A stretch of 64,000 nucleotides of DNA from Sminthopsis crassicaudata (taxonomy: Eukaryota). The notes under the pieces were generated by a model that searched no databases, was not told the origin of the DNA, and worked only from the letters and a program-made list of their open reading frames with translations. The stretch covers positions 453,993,261 to 454,057,260 of the forward strand of contig NC_133620.1 in the NCBI RefSeq assembly GCF_048593235.1, written 5' to 3'. Of this stretch, positions 61,154 to 64,000 are shown piece after piece; positions within the stretch are counted from its first letter, which is position 1; the number at the start of each line of letters is the position of its first letter. Made by a program: the position numbers and the translations under genes.

Positions 61154-62759
61154 CAGATGCTACTGGTCGTAAAGGTGGGCTTATCTGTCGGTAGCTCTAG
61201 GGGAAAGGAAACTTGGTCTTCAAGGGCTAGAAGAGAAGAAATTGCAAGAGAACATGACTCCGGGCCGTGGGCAGAAGGGGACGATTAGTGCCGCGGACCT
61301 AAGCGGTATCGGGGAGCGCTGGAGAGTCTGAGCAAGGCTGGCCGGAGCGGCAGCGGGCCCGGATGGGGCCTGGGGCAGGGAGTCAGTGTCGAAGGCTCGG
61401 GGGTCTTGGAGAACTTGGGGATCAGTGTGTCTAAGGCAGTGAGGCATCAGAGTTCTTGGACCGCAGGGGGGCCTTTGTGGGACCCCAAAAAAGGTGAGGG
61501 CTCAGTAAAATAACGACACGTGTGGGTGTTTGCATGGACACATGCTGCTCAGCACCGAGCTTAGTGTGTGTTGAGGAGCTCCTTCGGTGTGAGATCCAGA
61601 GGTGACTTCATACTGAAAAGAGAACCTGCGAGTGCAGGAGCCAAGGCTGGGGCGCTCTCCCCCTTCCCCACTCTTTTTATTGAGATTCTCGTGATGCGGT
61701 GAACCGCGCGGGATCGCAGACGGGAAAAGCCGAGTTCAGAGGCAGCCTCCACACTCCAGCCGTGCGCCGCTCGGCCTGCCTCAGTTTCCTCAACTGCAAA
61801 ATGGGGATATGATGCTCCCGGCACCTCCTCAGATGAGATCACACATGGGGAACTCCCAGTGAGGGTGCCTGGGCTGCTCAGAGGTCCGGGAGGGATCCGG
61901 CAGGGCTTCTCAGCCACCATCCAGTGCCCGGAGAAAATGCTGCTTCTCCCGCGGAGCTTCCATCCTGCTCTCCCGGCAACAATGACCTTCCCACGGCCTA
62001 ACCGTCCTCCGCGTGTGGTCCTGCCTTAGTTAGGCCTGCACACCTCTGACCGCCCTCTGCCTGGCGGCCCTTAATGGGACAAGTCATCTCAACAGGTGAC
62101 AGTGTGTCCACAGAGGCCTGGGAACCCCCGGGAGGGGGGAGGGGCCAGGGGGGAGGAGACTCAGTTTCCTCTCTCTGGACACCTCAGCCTGGAATCCTGC
62201 CTTCTGCCCAATAACGCACGGGCGGGCCTTTCTGCTGCCCCCTGGCGTGGAGGACCAGCCACACAAAATGCACTAAAGGTCCGACCTCAGGGTTGGTCTC
62301 GGTGCGGGAAGCCCCCGTCCCCCAAGGCCAGGCCCGCCTCACTCAGGAGTAAGAGTGGGGGCGGGGCACACAAGGTTCCCAGGGCCACAACAGGAGAGGA
62401 AAGAGCTTGAGGGGTCCTTCTGTTCTCTGTGGGAGGGGCTGGGGGGGGCGTTCTCTATGGGGCTGCTGTGTCTGTGTGAAGAGGTGGTGTCCAGAGGAGC
62501 ACCCCTGTGTCTGTGGGAGGGGCGTCTAGAGGGGCACTATGTCTGTGGGAGGGGCGTCTTACAGAGGCATTTTATGTGTTTGGGTGGAAGAGTCTAGAAT
62601 GAGTGGGAGGGTGTGTCTGGATGGGAGGGGCTCTAGTGGGCCACTGAGTGGGAGGGGCGTCTAGAGGGGCGCTCTGTGTGTCTGGGTGGGAGGGGCATCT
62701 CCGTCTATGTCGCTGTGCTCAGGTCAGGTCAAGATCAGGTCAAGTCAGGGTCAGGTCGG

Positions 62760-63580
62760 GTCATGTGCGCACGAGCGCACGCCAGGCCGCCCGTTAGCCG
62801 CTACTTACTCGAAGACTCCTTGGTTGATGATCCGGGCCGGTAGGGGGCGCTGTCGGGGCGGGGAGGGGGAAGGCAAGGGAAGGGGAGGGAAAGGGGAAGG
62901 GGAGGGGAAGGGGAGGGGGAAGGGGAAGGGGGAGGGAAGCCCCTCTAGGCCGCACTGGGTCTCGTTGGCTGGATCAGGCACCGGTACAAGAGAAAAGGGG
63001 AGAAGGAGGAGGGTTTGGAGGAGCGGACACGGCCGCAGCCGAGAAGGCCGGAGGCGGAGCTGGGACTGCGGGCCGGGCTGCCGCGCGCAGGGCTTAGCGG
63101 CGCTCCCCATTGTGCGCTGGCGCCCGCGCCACAATCCTCGGGAGCGGGCCTCGGGCGGGCGCGGCGCGGGCCCGCGGTGGGGGCGGGGAGCGGGCAGCCC
63201 CGCAGGGCAGCGCTGCCGCCGGGGACCGGAGCCGCCGCCATCGCCATGGACCTAGGTGAGCGAGCCGGGCGGGATCGGGGCCCCCGCCGGGCGGCCCCCC
63301 CGCCGCGCTCCTTCGGGCGCGGGCACGGGCGAGCATGCGCGCTGAACTCCGCCGGGCTCCCGCCTCCGCCGCCGGCCCCGCTCGGTCTCCGGCCTTTCGG
63401 CGGGACACCGGCGGGAGCACCGCGGCCGAGTCGGGAGGGCCCCCCCGCGGGGAGGGAACGGCGCCCCCAGAGTAGCGAGCCGAGGGCTCAGCCCGGCCCC
63501 CACCACGTGCTGGGCTCCCGGCGCCCCAGGCGGGAACGGGGCTGGGCCTGCGACCCTCCCCCTCCCCCGCTCCCGTACGG
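62760..63580. promoter_or_regulatory. CpG island at the GEMIN4 5' end, probably shared with DBIL5
   Basis: Very high GC and CpG density with many GGGCGG boxes around the GEMIN4 ATG. Confidence 0.8.
63246..63255 (+). CDS. GEMIN4: Gem-associated protein 4, first coding exon (MDL-G; the rest lies beyond the window)
   Basis: gccgccatcgccATGGACCTAG|gtgagc: strong Kozak context, CpG island, 10-nt coding exon matching the recalled GEMIN4 start MDLG, and synteny. Confidence 0.85.
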
Positions 63581-64000
63581 ATTAAAAAAAAAAAACAAAA
63601 AAAAAACACGCTCGACCACACACACGGGGCCGCACTCGGGGCCGCAGGGACCCCTGACTCCCAGGAGTTTAGCGGGTTAGCCCGCCAGAATGTTCCACCC
63701 CTGCCCGTGGTGCAGCCTGAGCTAAGGAGACAGCCCCTGGCCGTGGGAGAGCCCCCGGGCCACGTGGGAGCTTGTGCAAAGTAAACGATGGGGGAGGGGT
63801 GACCCTAGAGAAGGCCGCGCTTGAGCTGTGGGTGAAGGAGGAGACTGGGAGTCCTGGGGACGCCTGAAATCTTGAGAGGAAAAGGTTCTGGCCTCCCCTC
63901 CCCCCCAGGCTCTTTCAAAAAGGTGTCCCCGCTCCGCTTCCTACTGATCCCTGCGCCCTCCCAAGGTGTCCCTGCCACACAAGTTAGCCAAGCTTTTCCT

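Noticed and set aside
1-64000. tRNA, rRNA, snoRNA or miRNA genes
   Set aside because: None was recognised by eye. Pol III box-like strings (gttcaagtcc, gttcaaatcc) fall within MIR/SINE remnants. A tRNAscan-SE or Infernal run would be needed to exclude small RNAs.

Overview
This is vertebrate, almost certainly marsupial, genomic DNA. The repeats include marsupial-type CORE-SINEs, RTE and marsupial-style L1 ends; the species cannot be determined. The window matches the order I recall for human 17p13.3, in reverse orientation. It holds NXN exons 2-8 (+), complete MRM3/RNMTL1 (-, 4 exons, 458 aa), complete GLOD4 (+, 9 exons, 305 aa), an intact single-coding-exon ACBP-family gene assigned as DBIL5/endozepine-like peptide (-, 86 aa) and the 10-nt first coding exon of GEMIN4 (+). 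All exons were called by manual translation, recalled similarity to the mammalian proteins and GT-AG phase consistency; no database search was run. MRM3 and GLOD4 share a 121-bp head-to-head spacer, and DBIL5 and GEMIN4 appear to share a CpG island. The most interesting cluster is the DBIL5 retrogene. It is intact here (a pseudogene in human), retains DBI-like ancestral residues, has two candidate 5'UTR splice acceptors and a candidate upstream donor, and has a dense array of AGGTCA nuclear-receptor half-sites (DR0-like, GCNF-type) next to the CpG island. Other oddities are a 1.7-kb two-variant minisatellite ending about 50 nt before the last NXN exon, a 54-bp coding tandem duplication in MRM3, and two LINEs (RTE and L1) that keep both ends but lack the RT region. 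I found no evidence of a wholly new biological system. Most long ORFs in the track are artefacts of GC-rich or repetitive DNA.
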